NCBI GenBank assembly: GCA_016790425.1 | Contig: JAEUPF010000095.1 | Span: forward strand, 10,170-74,169 | Origin: Rubrivivax sp. | Lineage (GTDB): Bacteria > Pseudomonadota > Gammaproteobacteria > Burkholderiales > Burkholderiaceae_C | DNA length: 64,000 nt | Direction of reading: 5' to 3' | Shown here: positions 11,401 to 21,395 of the stretch, piece after piece | Layout: every line of letters begins with the position of its first letter | Position numbering within the stretch: position 1 is the stretch's first letter | Notes under the pieces: generated by a model | Seen by the model: only the letters and a program-made list of their open reading frames with translations | What the model was told of the DNA's origin: nothing | Database searches by the model: none | Program-made: the position numbers and the translations under genes

Positions 11401-12555
11401 ATGCGATCCTTCGTCGTCCTCCTGGCGGCCTGCCTCGCCGCCGCAGTGGCCGTGGCGCAGCCGCGCCCGCAACCGCCCGAGATGGCGGCGCGCCAGTACC
11501 TGCTGGTGGACCTGGCCAGCCAGCAGGTGCTGGCCGAGTCCGGCGCCGACCAGCGCGCCGAGCCGGCCTCGCTGACCAAGCTGATGACGGCCTACCTCGT
11601 CTTCAACGCGCTGCGCGACCGGAAGCTGGCGCTGGAGCAGCCGCTGCCGGTCAGCACGCGGGCGTGGAACGAACGCAAGGGCGGCGCCTCGGTGATGTTC
11701 ATCGAGCCGAAGATGCGGCCTACCGTGAACGAGCTGCTGCACGGGCTGGTCGTGCAAAGCGGCAACGACGCCGCCGTTGCGCTGGCCGAAGGCGTGGCCG
11801 GTTCGGTGGAGGCGTTCGTCGCGGCGATGAACGCGCAGGCGCAGGCGTGGGGCCTGAAGAACACGCAGTTCCGCAACGTCACCGGCCTCACCGAAGCGGG
11901 CCACTACAGCAGCGCGCGCGACATCGCCTTCGTCGCCGCGAAGATCATCGCCGAGCACCCGACGCTGTTCCCGCTGTACTCGGTGAAGAGCTACACCTTC
12001 AACGGCATCAAGCAGGACAACCGCAACCGCCTGCTCGGCCGCGACGCCACGGTGGACGGCATGAAGACGGGCCGCACCGACGCCGCCGGCTGGTGCCTGG
12101 TGGCCACCGCCCAGCGCGACACGCCCGCCGGCAAGCGGCGGCTGCTGTCGGTGGTGCTGGGCGCCGCCAGCGACGAAGCACGCGCCGGCGAGAGCCACAA
12201 GCTGCTGAACTGGGGCTACGCGGCGTGGGACGCGGTGCGCCTGTTCGAGCCCAACCAGGCGCTGGCCATGGTGCCGGTGTGGAAGGGCGCGCAGCGCGAA
12301 GCGCGCCTGGGCGTGGCCGGCGGGCTCGTCGTCACCGTGCCCAAGGGCGAAGGGGCGAAGCTGCAGTCGACGCTGACGCGCACCGATCCGCTCGTCGCGC
12401 CGCTGGCCGCGGGGCAGGCGGTGGGCACGGTGCGGGTTGTCAGTGCCGGCGGCGGCGCGCCGCTGGCCAGCGTGCCGCTGGTGGCGTTGCAGGAAGTGCC
12501 GCTGGCCGGCTGGTTCGGCCGCGCCTGGGACGCGCTGCGGCTGTGGATGCGCTGA
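11401..12555 (+). CDS. dacC: D-alanyl-D-alanine carboxypeptidase (PBP5/6, peptidase S11)
   Basis: PASLTK (SxxK), SGN and KTG motifs; signal peptide. Confidence 0.92.
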   Translation: MRSFVVLLAACLAAAVAVAQPRPQPPEMAARQYLLVDLASQQVLAESGADQRAEPASLTKLMTAYLVFNALRDRKLALEQPLPVSTRAWNERKGGASVMFIEPKMRPTVNELLHGLVVQSGNDAAVALAEGVAGSVEAFVAAMNAQAQAWGLKNTQFRNVTGLTEAGHYSSARDIAFVAAKIIAEHPTLFPLYSVKSYTFNGIKQDNRNRLLGRDATVDGMKTGRTDAAGWCLVATAQRDTPAGKRRLLSVVLGAASDEARAGESHKLLNWGYAAWDAVRLFEPNQALAMVPVWKGAQREARLGVAGGLVVTVPKGEGAKLQSTLTRTDPLVAPLAAGQAVGTVRVVSAGGGAPLASVPLVALQEVPLAGWFGRAWDALRLWMR

Positions 12556-12610
12556 AGGCGCGCGACGCGCCGCGTGCCAGAATGATCCGTTCCCCGCGAA
12601 CCACCTCCCC

Positions 12611-13489
12611 ATGGGCGACCACCTCTGCTTCCTCAATGGCGAGTACCTGCCGCTCTCGCAGGCCCGCGTCAGCGTGCTCGACCGCGGCTTCATCTTCGGC
12701 GACGGCGTCTACGACGTGGCGCCGGTGTACGGGCGGCGCCTGTTCCGCTTCGACGAGCACATCGCGCGCCTGAACCGCAGCCTGGACAAGCTGCGCATCG
12801 CGCGCCCGGCCACGCGCGAGCAGTGGCTGGAGCGCTGCCGCACGCTGGTGGCGGCGCTGGCCGACAGCACCGGCGCCGAGGACCAGGTGATCTACTTCCA
12901 GGTGACGCGCGGCGTCGCCCCGCGCGACCACGTGATGCCCGAGGGCATCGAGCCCACCGTGTTCATGATGGTCAACCCGATGAAGCCGCCGAGCGCCGAG
13001 ATGCGCCACAAGGGCGTGGCCTGCGTCACCGCGCGCGACTTCCGCTGGGAGCGCGGCGACATCAAGAGCACGAGCCTGCTGGGCAACGTGCTGGCGCGGC
13101 AGATGTCGGCCGACCACGGCGCGGCGGAGACGATCATGTTCCGCGACGGCTTTCTCACCGAAGCGTCGGGCAGCAACGTGTGGATCGTCCACGAGGGCGC
13201 GCTGCTCGGCCCGCCCAAGAGCGAGCACGTCCTCGAAGGCATTCGCGTCGAGCTGCTGCGCGAACTGTGCGAAGACTGCGGCATCGCCTACAACCTGCGC
13301 CCGATTCCCGAGGCCGACGTGCTCAGCGCCGACGAGGTGCTCATCAGCTCGGCGACCAAGGAGATCCTGCCCGTGACGCTGCTGGACAACGAACCGGTGG
13401 GCCACGGCGCACTGCGCGGCAAGCCCGGGCCCGTGTACGCCCGCCTGTACGAGGCCTACCAGCGGGCGAAGGTGACGATGAGCCTTTGA
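12611..13489 (+). CDS. D-amino acid aminotransferase (class IV PLP enzyme)
   Basis: DRGFIFGDGVY, DIKSTSLLGN, TEASGSNVW, LEGIR. Confidence 0.9.
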   Translation: MGDHLCFLNGEYLPLSQARVSVLDRGFIFGDGVYDVAPVYGRRLFRFDEHIARLNRSLDKLRIARPATREQWLERCRTLVAALADSTGAEDQVIYFQVTRGVAPRDHVMPEGIEPTVFMMVNPMKPPSAEMRHKGVACVTARDFRWERGDIKSTSLLGNVLARQMSADHGAAETIMFRDGFLTEASGSNVWIVHEGALLGPPKSEHVLEGIRVELLRELCEDCGIAYNLRPIPEADVLSADEVLISSATKEILPVTLLDNEPVGHGALRGKPGPVYARLYEAYQRAKVTMSL

Positions 13490-13511
13490 GCGCTGCCGGC
13501 ACCGCCCTGCC

Positions 13512-13889
13512 ATGGCCGACGTTCCGCCGCCCTCGCCGCCCTCGCCGTCCTCGCGGCCCTCGCCGCCGTCGGGGCCTTCACCCCCGTCACCGCCTGCCGC
13601 GGACGGGCGCACCGCGCCGGACATCCCGCCCGAGCGCAGCCTGATCGAGTACCCGAGCCTGTTCCCGATCAAGGTCATGGGCGCGGCCGTCGCCGGCTTC
13701 GAAGCCGCGATGGTCGAGGTGGCGCAACGCTTCGACCCCGCCTTCGACGCCGCCACCGTCGAGCGCCGCGCCAGCAGCGGCGGCAACTACGTCGGCCTGA
13801 CGCTCACCGTCAACGCCACCAGCCGCGAGCAACTCGACGCGCTGTACCGCGCGCTCACTTCGCACCCGATGGTGAAGGTGGTGCTCTAG
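13512..13889 (+). CDS. ybeD: YbeD/DUF493 family protein with Pro/Ser-rich N-terminal extension
   Basis: SLIEYPSLFPIKVMG...RASSGGNY...LYRALTSHPMVKVVL. Confidence 0.9.
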   Translation: MADVPPPSPPSPSSRPSPPSGPSPPSPPAADGRTAPDIPPERSLIEYPSLFPIKVMGAAVAGFEAAMVEVAQRFDPAFDAATVERRASSGGNYVGLTLTVNATSREQLDALYRALTSHPMVKVVL

Positions 13890-14015
13890 GGCCCCGCCGG
13901 GCAACGGCGCGAGCCTTGCGATGGCGTTGTTGACGGGCCCCGGGCGGTGCTGCGGCGCGGGCCGCCGGGCCAGCGGCTCTCCCGAGGAGGCAAGGCGGCG
14001 GGAACCGCCGGCCGC

Positions 14016-14771
14016 TCACGACGCCGGACCCGCCTTCTGTTCCAGCTCGCGCACCTTGCCCGGCGCCGCTTCGTCGCCGCCGCGGGCTGCGGCGCGGTAC
14101 CAGTGCAACGCCAGGCGCAGGTCCTGCGCCACGCCGTCGCCGCGCTCGTACATCGCCGCCAGCAGGTACTGCGCGCCGACGTCGCCGCGGTTGGCCGCTT
14201 CGCGGTACCAGTGCGCCGCGGTGGCGCTGTCGCGGGGCCGCCCGCGGCCGAGGTAGTACGCGGTGCCCATCGCCACCTGCGCCTCGACACTGCCGCGCAC
14301 GGCCGCCGCCTCGTACCAGTCGTGCGCCGCGGCGAGGTCGCGGCGGCCGAGGTCGCCGCCTTCGAGCGCACGGCCCAGCGTCAGCATCGCGGTGACGAAG
14401 CCGCCGCGCGCAGCCAGCAGCAGCCAGCGCTCGGCTTCGGCCGGGCTCGCCTCGGGCAGCTCGCCGCGCAGGTGCATGACGCCCAGGTTGAACTGCGCCG
14501 CCGGCACCGCGCGCCGGGCGAGCGCCGTGAACTCGCCGGCCGCCTCGCGCAGGCGCCCGGCTTCATACAGCGCCACCGCGGCCTGCACGCGCGAACGCAA
14601 GGCCGGCGGCAGCGGCGCCGCTTCGAGCACCGCTTCAGGCGCGGCACTGGCCGGCGCGGGCGCCACCGCGCCCAGCGCCACGGCCGCCGCGACGCCGGCC
14701 GGCGCGAGCAGGACTTGCCACGCCGCGACGCCCGCCCACCGGCCGGCTGCGCACCTTCCCCGATCGCTCAT
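14016..14771 (-). CDS. Sel1-like repeat protein, probably exported
   Basis: Four repeats of type AQFNLGVMHLRG / AQVAMGTAYYLGRG / AQYLLAAMYERGDGV..D...A..WY..AA. Confidence 0.88.
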   Translation of the reverse strand: MSDRGRCAAGRWAGVAAWQVLLAPAGVAAAVALGAVAPAPASAAPEAVLEAAPLPPALRSRVQAAVALYEAGRLREAAGEFTALARRAVPAAQFNLGVMHLRGELPEASPAEAERWLLLAARGGFVTAMLTLGRALEGGDLGRRDLAAAHDWYEAAAVRGSVEAQVAMGTAYYLGRGRPRDSATAAHWYREAANRGDVGAQYLLAAMYERGDGVAQDLRLALHWYRAAARGGDEAAPGKVRELEQKAGPAS

Positions 14772-14811
14772 CCGCACCTCGCTCGTTGCGCGCGATTCTT
14801 GCGCGCAGCAC

Positions 14812-14838
14812 GCATCCAGCCGCCGCCGCGGCGCGTAA
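14812..14838 (+). promoter_or_regulatory. Candidate ECF (RpoE/ChrR-type) autoregulatory promoter GCATCC-N16-CGTAA
   Basis: Resembles the TGATCC-N16-CGTA type consensus of ChrR-associated ECF sigmas; lies upstream of the sigma gene. Confidence 0.5.
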
Positions 14839-14882
14839 TCCCACCGTGGCGGCGCTGCCAAGGCGCCGAAGGAGCCCTCGGG

Positions 14883-15002
14883 ATGATCGACCACGCCAAG
14901 CCCGCACCGCGCGGAAGCCCGGACCCCTTCCCGGGCCGGCCCGGCCTGCTGCAAACGGCGGCCCCGGCGGCCCCGGCGGCCCGGGGCGAGGCGCGGGCAT
15001 GA
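14883..15002 (+). CDS. Candidate 39-aa upstream ORF (MIDHAKPAPRGSPDPFPGRPGLLQTAAPAAPAARGEARA)
   Basis: GAAGGAG SD 8 nt upstream; stop overlaps the sigma start (ATGA). Confidence 0.45.
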   Translation: MIDHAKPAPRGSPDPFPGRPGLLQTAAPAAPAARGEARA

Positions 15003-15823
15003 GCGCAGCGAGCGCGCGCTCCCTGGCTGCGGTGCTGACACTGCCGGTGCGCCAGCGCCGCGCCGGCGCCGAAGAGGAAGCGGCCGAGCGCTGCGGCGAG
15101 GCGCCGGACGACGGCCTCGCGGCCGTACGAGACGACGACGACGGCGACACCCTCTGCCCAGGCGAGCCGGCCGAGGCCTTCGACGACGAACCCGGCGTTG
15201 CCGGCGCCGAAGCCGGGGCCGGCGCAGCGCGGCGGGCCGCCGTCGAAGGCGCCGCAGCCGCCGATGACGCGACGCTGGCCGGGTGGATCGGCCGCATCGC
15301 CGGCCAGGACGAGCGCGCGCTGGAGGCGCTGTACGACGCCACCGCCGCGCGCGTCAACGGTGTCGTGCTGCGCATCGTGCAGCGCCCCGGGCTGGCCGAG
15401 GAGGTGGTGGAAGAGACCTACTGGCAGGTCTGGCGCCAGGCGCCGCGCTTCGATGCCGCGCGCGGCCGCCCGGTCACCTGGCTGCTGTCGATGGCCCGCT
15501 CGCGCGCCATCGACGCGCTGCGCCGCGAGCAGCGCTACCAGCACGACGCCCTGCCCGACGACGACGTGGCCGAGGGCCATGAAGGCGCCGCGGCGCTGCC
15601 GCCGCAGGACCTGCTCGAAGCCACGCGCGGCCACGTGCGCGTGCACGCCGCGCTCGCCTCGCTGGAACCGCGCGCGCGCCAGCTCGTCGCGCTCGCCTTC
15701 TTCCGCGGCCTCACGCACGAGGAGATCGCCGTGCAGCAGGGGATGCCGCTCGGCACCGTGAAGTCGCTGATCCGGCGCGCCTTGCGGCAGCTCAGGCGCG
15801 TGATGGAGGCCGGCCATGCGTGA
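14999..15823 (+). CDS. ECF RNA polymerase sigma factor
   Basis: Region 2 (ALEALYD, AEEVVEETYWQVW, WLLSMARSRAIDALR) and region 4 (THEEIA...PLGTVKSLIRRAL); acidic N-terminal extension. Confidence 0.92.
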   Translation: MSAASARSLAAVLTLPVRQRRAGAEEEAAERCGEAPDDGLAAVRDDDDGDTLCPGEPAEAFDDEPGVAGAEAGAGAARRAAVEGAAAADDATLAGWIGRIAGQDERALEALYDATAARVNGVVLRIVQRPGLAEEVVEETYWQVWRQAPRFDAARGRPVTWLLSMARSRAIDALRREQRYQHDALPDDDVAEGHEGAAALPPQDLLEATRGHVRVHAALASLEPRARQLVALAFFRGLTHEEIAVQQGMPLGTVKSLIRRALRQLRRVMEAGHA

Positions 15824-16841
15824 ACGGCAAGAACCCCCAAGCGGCGAGCCGGGCGTGCCCGGCAACCCCACCGCGCAACGCCTGGCGCTGCGCGCGGACA
15901 TCACGACGGCGGTTGCGCTGAGCGGCCTGCCGGCGCCGTTGCTCGCCCCCGCGGTCGCCGCGAACGGCGGCGGCGGCGACAGCGGCGAGGCGGTGGCCGC
16001 GCTGCTGCTCGATTCGCTGGCGCCGATGCCGCCGCACGCGCCGGGCCGGCCCGAGCAGCGCCGCCCCTCGGCGCTGCGGCGCCGGCTGCTGCGGCGCGTG
16101 CGCGCCAGCGCCGCGGCGGCACGCGTGATGCACACGGTGCACTTGGTCCGCGGCGACGAAGGCGGCGCGGCCCGCACGATCGGGGGCGCCACGCTGCGCC
16201 CGCTCTACCGCGCCGAGGCCGGCCGCGCGGCGCGGCCCGGCGAGCCTTCGGCGGTGACGCTGCTCGAACTGCCGCCCGGCTGCCGCTGGCCGCGCAGCGA
16301 GGCGGTCACGCCAGGCGCCGCCGCGGCGCTGCAGCGCGAGTGGCTGGTGCTGCGCGGCAGCGTGCGCATCGGCAGCGCCGGCGGCACCGGCACCGTGGCG
16401 CTGCGCTCGCTCGACTACCACGGGGTGCCCGCCGGCCACGCGGCAGCGGCCGACCTTCTCGTCGCGGGTCGCGAAGGCGCGCTCGTCCTCTGCCGCGAAT
16501 CGCCGCCGGTCGCCGGCACCGCACCCGAGCCGGTGACGAGCCGCGCCGCCGAGGCCGTGTGGAGCGACTACGCGCCCGGCGTCAAGCGGCGCATGCTCTG
16601 GCAGCAGGGTGAACAGGCGGCGATGCTCTACCACGGCCTGCCCGGCGCGGCCGTGCCGCACCACGCGCACGCGCACGACGAGGAGTGCCTGATGCTGGCC
16701 GGCGACTTCTTCCTCGACGAGGTGCTGCTGCGCCCGCTGGACTACCAGCTCGCACCGGCCGGCAGCGAGCACCGCGTCTCGTGCACCGACACCGGCGTCG
16801 TGATCTACGCGCACGGTGACGTGCAGCTCGACCTGCGCTGA
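15816..16841 (+). CDS. ChrR-like cupin-domain putative anti-sigma factor
   Basis: Overlaps the sigma gene; PSALRRRLL linker; C-terminal cupin WSDYAPGVKRRML...VPHHAHAHDEECLMLAGD...APAGSEH. Confidence 0.8.
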   Translation: MRERQEPPSGEPGVPGNPTAQRLALRADITTAVALSGLPAPLLAPAVAANGGGGDSGEAVAALLLDSLAPMPPHAPGRPEQRRPSALRRRLLRRVRASAAAARVMHTVHLVRGDEGGAARTIGGATLRPLYRAEAGRAARPGEPSAVTLLELPPGCRWPRSEAVTPGAAAALQREWLVLRGSVRIGSAGGTGTVALRSLDYHGVPAGHAAAADLLVAGREGALVLCRESPPVAGTAPEPVTSRAAEAVWSDYAPGVKRRMLWQQGEQAAMLYHGLPGAAVPHHAHAHDEECLMLAGDFFLDEVLLRPLDYQLAPAGSEHRVSCTDTGVVIYAHGDVQLDLR

Positions 16842-16971
16842 AGCCGCGGCCGCGCCGCATCGGCATTCGGGTGCGAGCGGGCGTTCGCGGGCGCGTGCGC
16901 CTTCTTCGGGCGGGTCGCCATCGCCGGCGCGGTGAAGCAGGCCCGGCCCCGCCGTGGTGTCCAATCCCGGC

Positions 16972-17775
16972 ATGCCCGACCGACCGCGAGCCCCGCCCCC
17001 GCAGCCAACCGACGACGCCGCGGCGGCCGAGGGCGGCGGCGTGCGCATCTCCAAGCTGATGAGCGAACGCGGCCTCGCTTCGCGCCGGGAGGCCGACGAG
17101 TGGATCGCCGCCGGCTACGTGCGGGTGGCCGGCGTGCCCGCGGTGCTGGGGCAGCGCGTCGCACCCGACGCGGCGATCGAGATCGACGCACGGGCACGCC
17201 GCCTGCAGGGCGAACGCGTGACGGTGCTGCTGCACAAGCCCGTGGGCTACGTCAGCGGCCAGGCCGAGGACGGCCATGCCCCGGCCGCGGCACTGGTGCA
17301 GCCGGGCAACCGCTGGCGCGAGGACCGAAGCCGCATCGAGTTCCACCGCGGCCACCTGCGCGGCCTGGCCCCGGCCGGGCGGCTGGACATCGACTCCACG
17401 GGCCTGCTGGTCCTGACGCAGGACGGCCGCATCGCCAAGCTGCTGATCGGCGACGACCACCGCGTCGAGAAGGAGTACCTGGTGCGCGTGCGTCACCTCG
17501 GGCCCGGGGCGTTGCCGCCGGCGGGCCTGGAGCGGCTGCGTCACGGCCTCGTGCTCGACGGCGTGACGCTGAGGCCGGCGCGCGTGAGCTGGGCCAACGA
17601 GGACCAGTTGCGCTTCGTGCTGCGCGAAGGGCGCAAGCGGCAGATCCGCCGCATGTGCGAGCTGGTCGGCCTCGAGGTCCTGGCGTTGAAGCGCGTGCGC
17701 ATCGGCTCGGTGGTGCTGGGTGCGCTGCCCAGCGGCCAGTGGCGCTACCTGGGGCCGAACGAGCGCTTCGTCTGA
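16972..17775 (+). CDS. rRNA pseudouridine synthase (RsuA/RluB/RluF family, with S4 domain)
   Basis: RISKLMSERGLASRREAD S4 domain; GRLDIDSTGL catalytic motif; EGRKRQIRRM. Confidence 0.93.
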   Translation: MPDRPRAPPPQPTDDAAAAEGGGVRISKLMSERGLASRREADEWIAAGYVRVAGVPAVLGQRVAPDAAIEIDARARRLQGERVTVLLHKPVGYVSGQAEDGHAPAAALVQPGNRWREDRSRIEFHRGHLRGLAPAGRLDIDSTGLLVLTQDGRIAKLLIGDDHRVEKEYLVRVRHLGPGALPPAGLERLRHGLVLDGVTLRPARVSWANEDQLRFVLREGRKRQIRRMCELVGLEVLALKRVRIGSVVLGALPSGQWRYLGPNERFV

Positions 17776-17853
17776 AGCGCGGCCGCCGCGCCGCGGTCCC
17801 GGCCGTCGGGACGCGCGCCGGTCCGCCGGGCCCTGCCTGCTAACCTCGGCCGC

Positions 17854-19200
17854 ATGTCCTCCGGTTCGCTCGCTTCGGCCACGACCGCCACCGGCGCCAC
17901 AGCGGCCGCGAACGCGGCGGTCCCCTCGAGCGCCGCGAACGCGGCGGTCCCCTCGAGCGCCGCGGGCGCCGCGAACGCCATGAGCGCCGCTTCGCCGCCG
18001 CCCACCACCGTGGCGATGTCGCTGCGGCGCGCCGCGTTCTTCATCGCCTTGCTGCTGGGCCTGCAGCCGATCGCCACCGACGTCTACCTGCCGGCGCTGC
18101 CGCTGCTGACCTCGGCGCTGCAGGCACCGATGGCGCTGGCGCAGCTCACGATGTCGGCGCTGATCCTCGCCTTCGGCGTGGCCCAGCTTGCCTGGGGGCC
18201 GGTGGCCGACCGCTTCGGCCGCCGCCCGGTGCTGTTGCTGGGCCTGTCGCTTTACGCGCTGGCCGGCTTCGGCAGCGCGCTGGCGCCCGGCGTCGAAGGA
18301 CTGATCGCCTGGCGCGCGCTGCAAGGCGTGGCGCTCGCCGCGTCGGTGGTCTGCGCGCGCGCGATGGTGCGCGACCTGTACGAGCCGGTGAGCGGCGCGC
18401 GCGTGATGTCGCTGGCGATGTCGGGGCTGGCGCTGCTGGCCATCGGCGGCCCCACACTGGCCGGCGCATTGGCCGCCAGCGTCGGCTGGCGCGGCGCGCT
18501 GGCGATGATCGGGCTGGCCGGCGCGTTGACGCTGGCGGCGGTGGCCTGGCAACTGCCCGAGACGGTGCGGCAGCGTGACCCGCGCGCCACGCAAGCGGGG
18601 CCGTTGTTCCGCAACTGGGCCGGCATGCTGGCGCACCCGGCCTACCGCGCCTGGACGCTGCTCAGCGCCTGCACCTACGGCGGCCTGTTCACGGTGCTGG
18701 CCGCCTCGCCGTTCGTCTACATCCGGGTGCTCGGCCTGACGAGCGCGCAAGTGGGCCTCACGCTGGGCTGGGGCGGCTGCGTCTACCTCGTCGCCACCTT
18801 CGTCGGCCGGCGCTGGATCCATCGCCACGGCATGCGCGCCACGGTGGCACGCGCTGCCGCCTTCACGCTCGCCGGCGGCACGCTGGCGTTGGTGGCGGCG
18901 TTCGCCCCGGCATCGTCCGCGCTGTGGTGGTTGCTGGCCGGGCACGGCAGCTACGCCTTCGGGCACGGCATGCACCAGCCTTGCGGGCAAGCCGGTGCCG
19001 TGGGCCCGTTCCCGCATGCCGCCGGGGCGGCTTCGGCATTGGCCGGCTGCCTGCTGGCGCTGGTGGCTTTCGCGGTCGGCCTGGCGCTGGGCGTGGCTCT
19101 GGACGACACGGTGCGGCCGCTGGCGTTCGGCCTGGCGCTGTGGTCGCTGGCCACGGCCGCGGTGGCGTGGACACTGGTGCAGCGCCATGCCGGCCACTGA
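17854..19200 (+). CDS. Bcr/CflA family MFS multidrug efflux transporter
   Basis: [35 protein letters not shown]; start may be a later Met. Confidence 0.9.
   Translation: MSSGSLASATTATGATAAANAAVPSSAANAAVPSSAAGAANAMSAASPPPTTVAMSLRRAAFFIALLLGLQPIATDVYLPALPLLTSALQAPMALAQLTMSALILAFGVAQLAWGPVADRFGRRPVLLLGLSLYALAGFGSALAPGVEGLIAWRALQGVALAASVVCARAMVRDLYEPVSGARVMSLAMSGLALLAIGGPTLAGALAASVGWRGALAMIGLAGALTLAAVAWQLPETVRQRDPRATQAGPLFRNWAGMLAHPAYRAWTLLSACTYGGLFTVLAASPFVYIRVLGLTSAQVGLTLGWGGCVYLVATFVGRRWIHRHGMRATVARAAAFTLAGGTLALVAAFAPASSALWWLLAGHGSYAFGHGMHQPCGQAGAVGPFPHAAGAASALAGCLLALVAFAVGLALGVALDDTVRPLAFGLALWSLATAAVAWTLVQRHAGH
17905..17964 (+). repeat. 27-bp direct tandem repeat (2+ copies)
   Basis: GCCGCGAACGCGGCGGTCCCCTCGAGC x2, encoding AANAAVPSS. 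Confidence 0.95.
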
Positions 19201-20374
19201 AGCACGCGAACCCGCCGCGGGGCGCGGCGCGCAAGCCGGCGAGTGCGAGGCGGGCCGGCCCGGCCCGCTCGGCCTGTGCCTGGCCGGTCCCACCGGCTGC
19301 GGCAAGACGGCACTGGCGCTGGCCTTCGCGCGCGAGCTGTCGGCACAGCGCGGCGGCGGCACGGCGGTGGAGATCGTCAGCGTCGACTCGGCGCTCGTCT
19401 ACCGCGGCATGGACATCGGCACCGCCAAGCCGAGCGCGGCCGAGCGCGCCGAAGTGCCGCACCACCTCGTGGACATCGTCGACCCGGCCAACGCGTACTC
19501 GGCCGCCGCCTTCGCGGCCGACGCGCGCCGGATCGCCGCCGAGATCCGCGCGCGCGGCCGCCTGCCTTTGCTGGTCGGCGGCACGATGCTGTACTTCAAG
19601 GCCCTGCGCGAAGGCATCGACACGATGCCCGCGGCCGACGCGGCCGTGCGCGCGGCGCTGGACGCCGAAGCGGCCGCGCGCGGCTGGCCCGCGCTGCACG
19701 CCGAACTGGCGCGCGTCGACCCCTTGACGGCGCAGCGCCTGGCGCCCAACGACGCGCAGCGCATCCAGCGCGCGCTGGAGGTGTGGCGCGCGAGCGGCCG
19801 GCCGCTGTCGGCGTGGCAAAGCAGCGGCCGCGGCGGGCAGGCCGGCGGCGAACGCACCGCCGGTGGCAAAGGCGATGGCGAGCGCAGCGGCCGGCGCACC
19901 GATGAGCGCATCGACCGGCGCATCGTTGAATGCCTCGACGCGCGCCTCGCCGAGCGCGGGCGTTGGCCGATGGTCTCCCTCGAGCCGACCTCGCGCGCCT
20001 GGCTGCACGATCGCCTCGCCGAGCGCTTCGCGCAGATGCTGGCTGCCGGCCTCGTCGATGAGGTGCGGGCCTTGCGCGGGCGCGGCGACTTGCATGCGGC
20101 CTTGCCGGCGATGCGTTGCGTCGGCTACCGGCAGGCATGGGCGGCGCTCGACAGCGGATCCCTCGTCGACCTCGAAGCCCTGCGCGCCAAGGGCGTGGCC
20201 GCGACGCGGCAGCTCGCCAAGCGGCAGCTCACCTGGCTGCGCTCGATGCCCGGGCGCGAGGTCGTGCCGTGCGACGCCGCCGATGCGCAGGCACTGGGCA
20301 TCGCAGCGCTCGCGCGACACGCCGCGCCGTTCTTCGGCACGACGTTTGCCGGCGCTGCTGCGACGTTCGCTTGA
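19187..20374 (+). CDS. miaA: tRNA dimethylallyltransferase
   Basis: [50 protein letters not shown]. Confidence 0.96.
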   Translation: MPATEAREPAAGRGAQAGECEAGRPGPLGLCLAGPTGCGKTALALAFARELSAQRGGGTAVEIVSVDSALVYRGMDIGTAKPSAAERAEVPHHLVDIVDPANAYSAAAFAADARRIAAEIRARGRLPLLVGGTMLYFKALREGIDTMPAADAAVRAALDAEAAARGWPALHAELARVDPLTAQRLAPNDAQRIQRALEVWRASGRPLSAWQSSGRGGQAGGERTAGGKGDGERSGRRTDERIDRRIVECLDARLAERGRWPMVSLEPTSRAWLHDRLAERFAQMLAAGLVDEVRALRGRGDLHAALPAMRCVGYRQAWAALDSGSLVDLEALRAKGVAATRQLAKRQLTWLRSMPGREVVPCDAADAQALGIAALARHAAPFFGTTFAGAAATFA

Positions 20375-20613
20375 CCTTCCATCGCCGTCTGTGCGGCGTT
20401 CGAGTGCCCTCGCCCCCCGACTTCCGGGGAGGCGCCGCCGCTAGGGTGATGCCCGGGGCGAGGCCATGACCCTTCGCGATATAGTGCCGCGCCCCGGCCC
20501 GGGTGCGCCATCGCGCAGGCTCGTCGGGCACGGCACAGCCGGCCCACGAGGCCGGCGGCTGGACACACGCAGTGACCGGCGCCCACCCGCGCCGGGACAA
20601 CTGGAGGAACGGA

Positions 20614-21300
20614 TTGGATTTCGCGGAACATCAGCGCAACCCCGGGCGCCACGTGGTGGGCATCGGCATCGTGCTGGCATTGCATGCGCTGCTGGGCTGG
20701 GCGCTCATCACCGGCCTGGCGCAACGCATGGTCGAGGTGATCAAGTCGCCGATCGACACCAAGATCATCGACGAGGTCAAGCCGCCGCCCCCGCCGCCGC
20801 CCGAGAACCTGCCGCCGCCGCCGAAGTTCCAGCCGCCGCCGCCTTCGTTCGTGCCGCCGCCCGAGGTGAACGTGACGCCGCCGCCGGCACCGGCGCCCAC
20901 CATCACCACGGTCATCACGCCGCCACCGCCGGCCCCGGTGGTCATCACCCCGGCCCCGGCGCCCACGCCGGCCCCGCCCGCCCCGCCACCGCCGCGCGTG
21001 GCCGCGCGTGCCGCCATCGCCGACGTGCGCTCCTGCGCCCCGACCAGGGACGACTACCCCGCTGCCGCGTTGCGCGCCGAGGCCACCGGCGACGTCGACA
21101 TCCGCTTCACCATCGGCCCCGACGGCAAGCTCACGAAGGCCGAAGTCGTGCGCTCGGCGGGTCCCTCGCGCGAGCACAAGATGCTCGACCGCGTCACGCT
21201 CGCCAAGCTCAGCGAATGCACCTTCAAGCCGGGCATCGACGAGAACGGCAACGCGGTCGGCGGCACGTTCGTCCAAGGCTACCGCTGGAAGATCGAGTAA
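20614..21300 (+). CDS. tonB: Energy transducer TonB
   Basis: TTG start with GGAGGA SD; TM segment with His (LALHALL); Pro-rich linker; YP..A C-terminal domain. Confidence 0.9.
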   Translation: MDFAEHQRNPGRHVVGIGIVLALHALLGWALITGLAQRMVEVIKSPIDTKIIDEVKPPPPPPPENLPPPPKFQPPPPSFVPPPEVNVTPPPAPAPTITTVITPPPPAPVVITPAPAPTPAPPAPPPPRVAARAAIADVRSCAPTRDDYPAAALRAEATGDVDIRFTIGPDGKLTKAEVVRSAGPSREHKMLDRVTLAKLSECTFKPGIDENGNAVGGTFVQGYRWKIE

Positions 21301-21395
21301 GCGCGCCACGTCCCGCGCCGGGCGCCCGCGTGCCGCCGCGGCACTCCCGTTCGCACCCTGCACCGACCCACCTACACAGGACCCCTGGAGGAGCC

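Noticed and set aside
20375..20613. Fur box upstream of tonB
   Set aside because: No GATAATGATAATCATTATC-like AT-rich site visible
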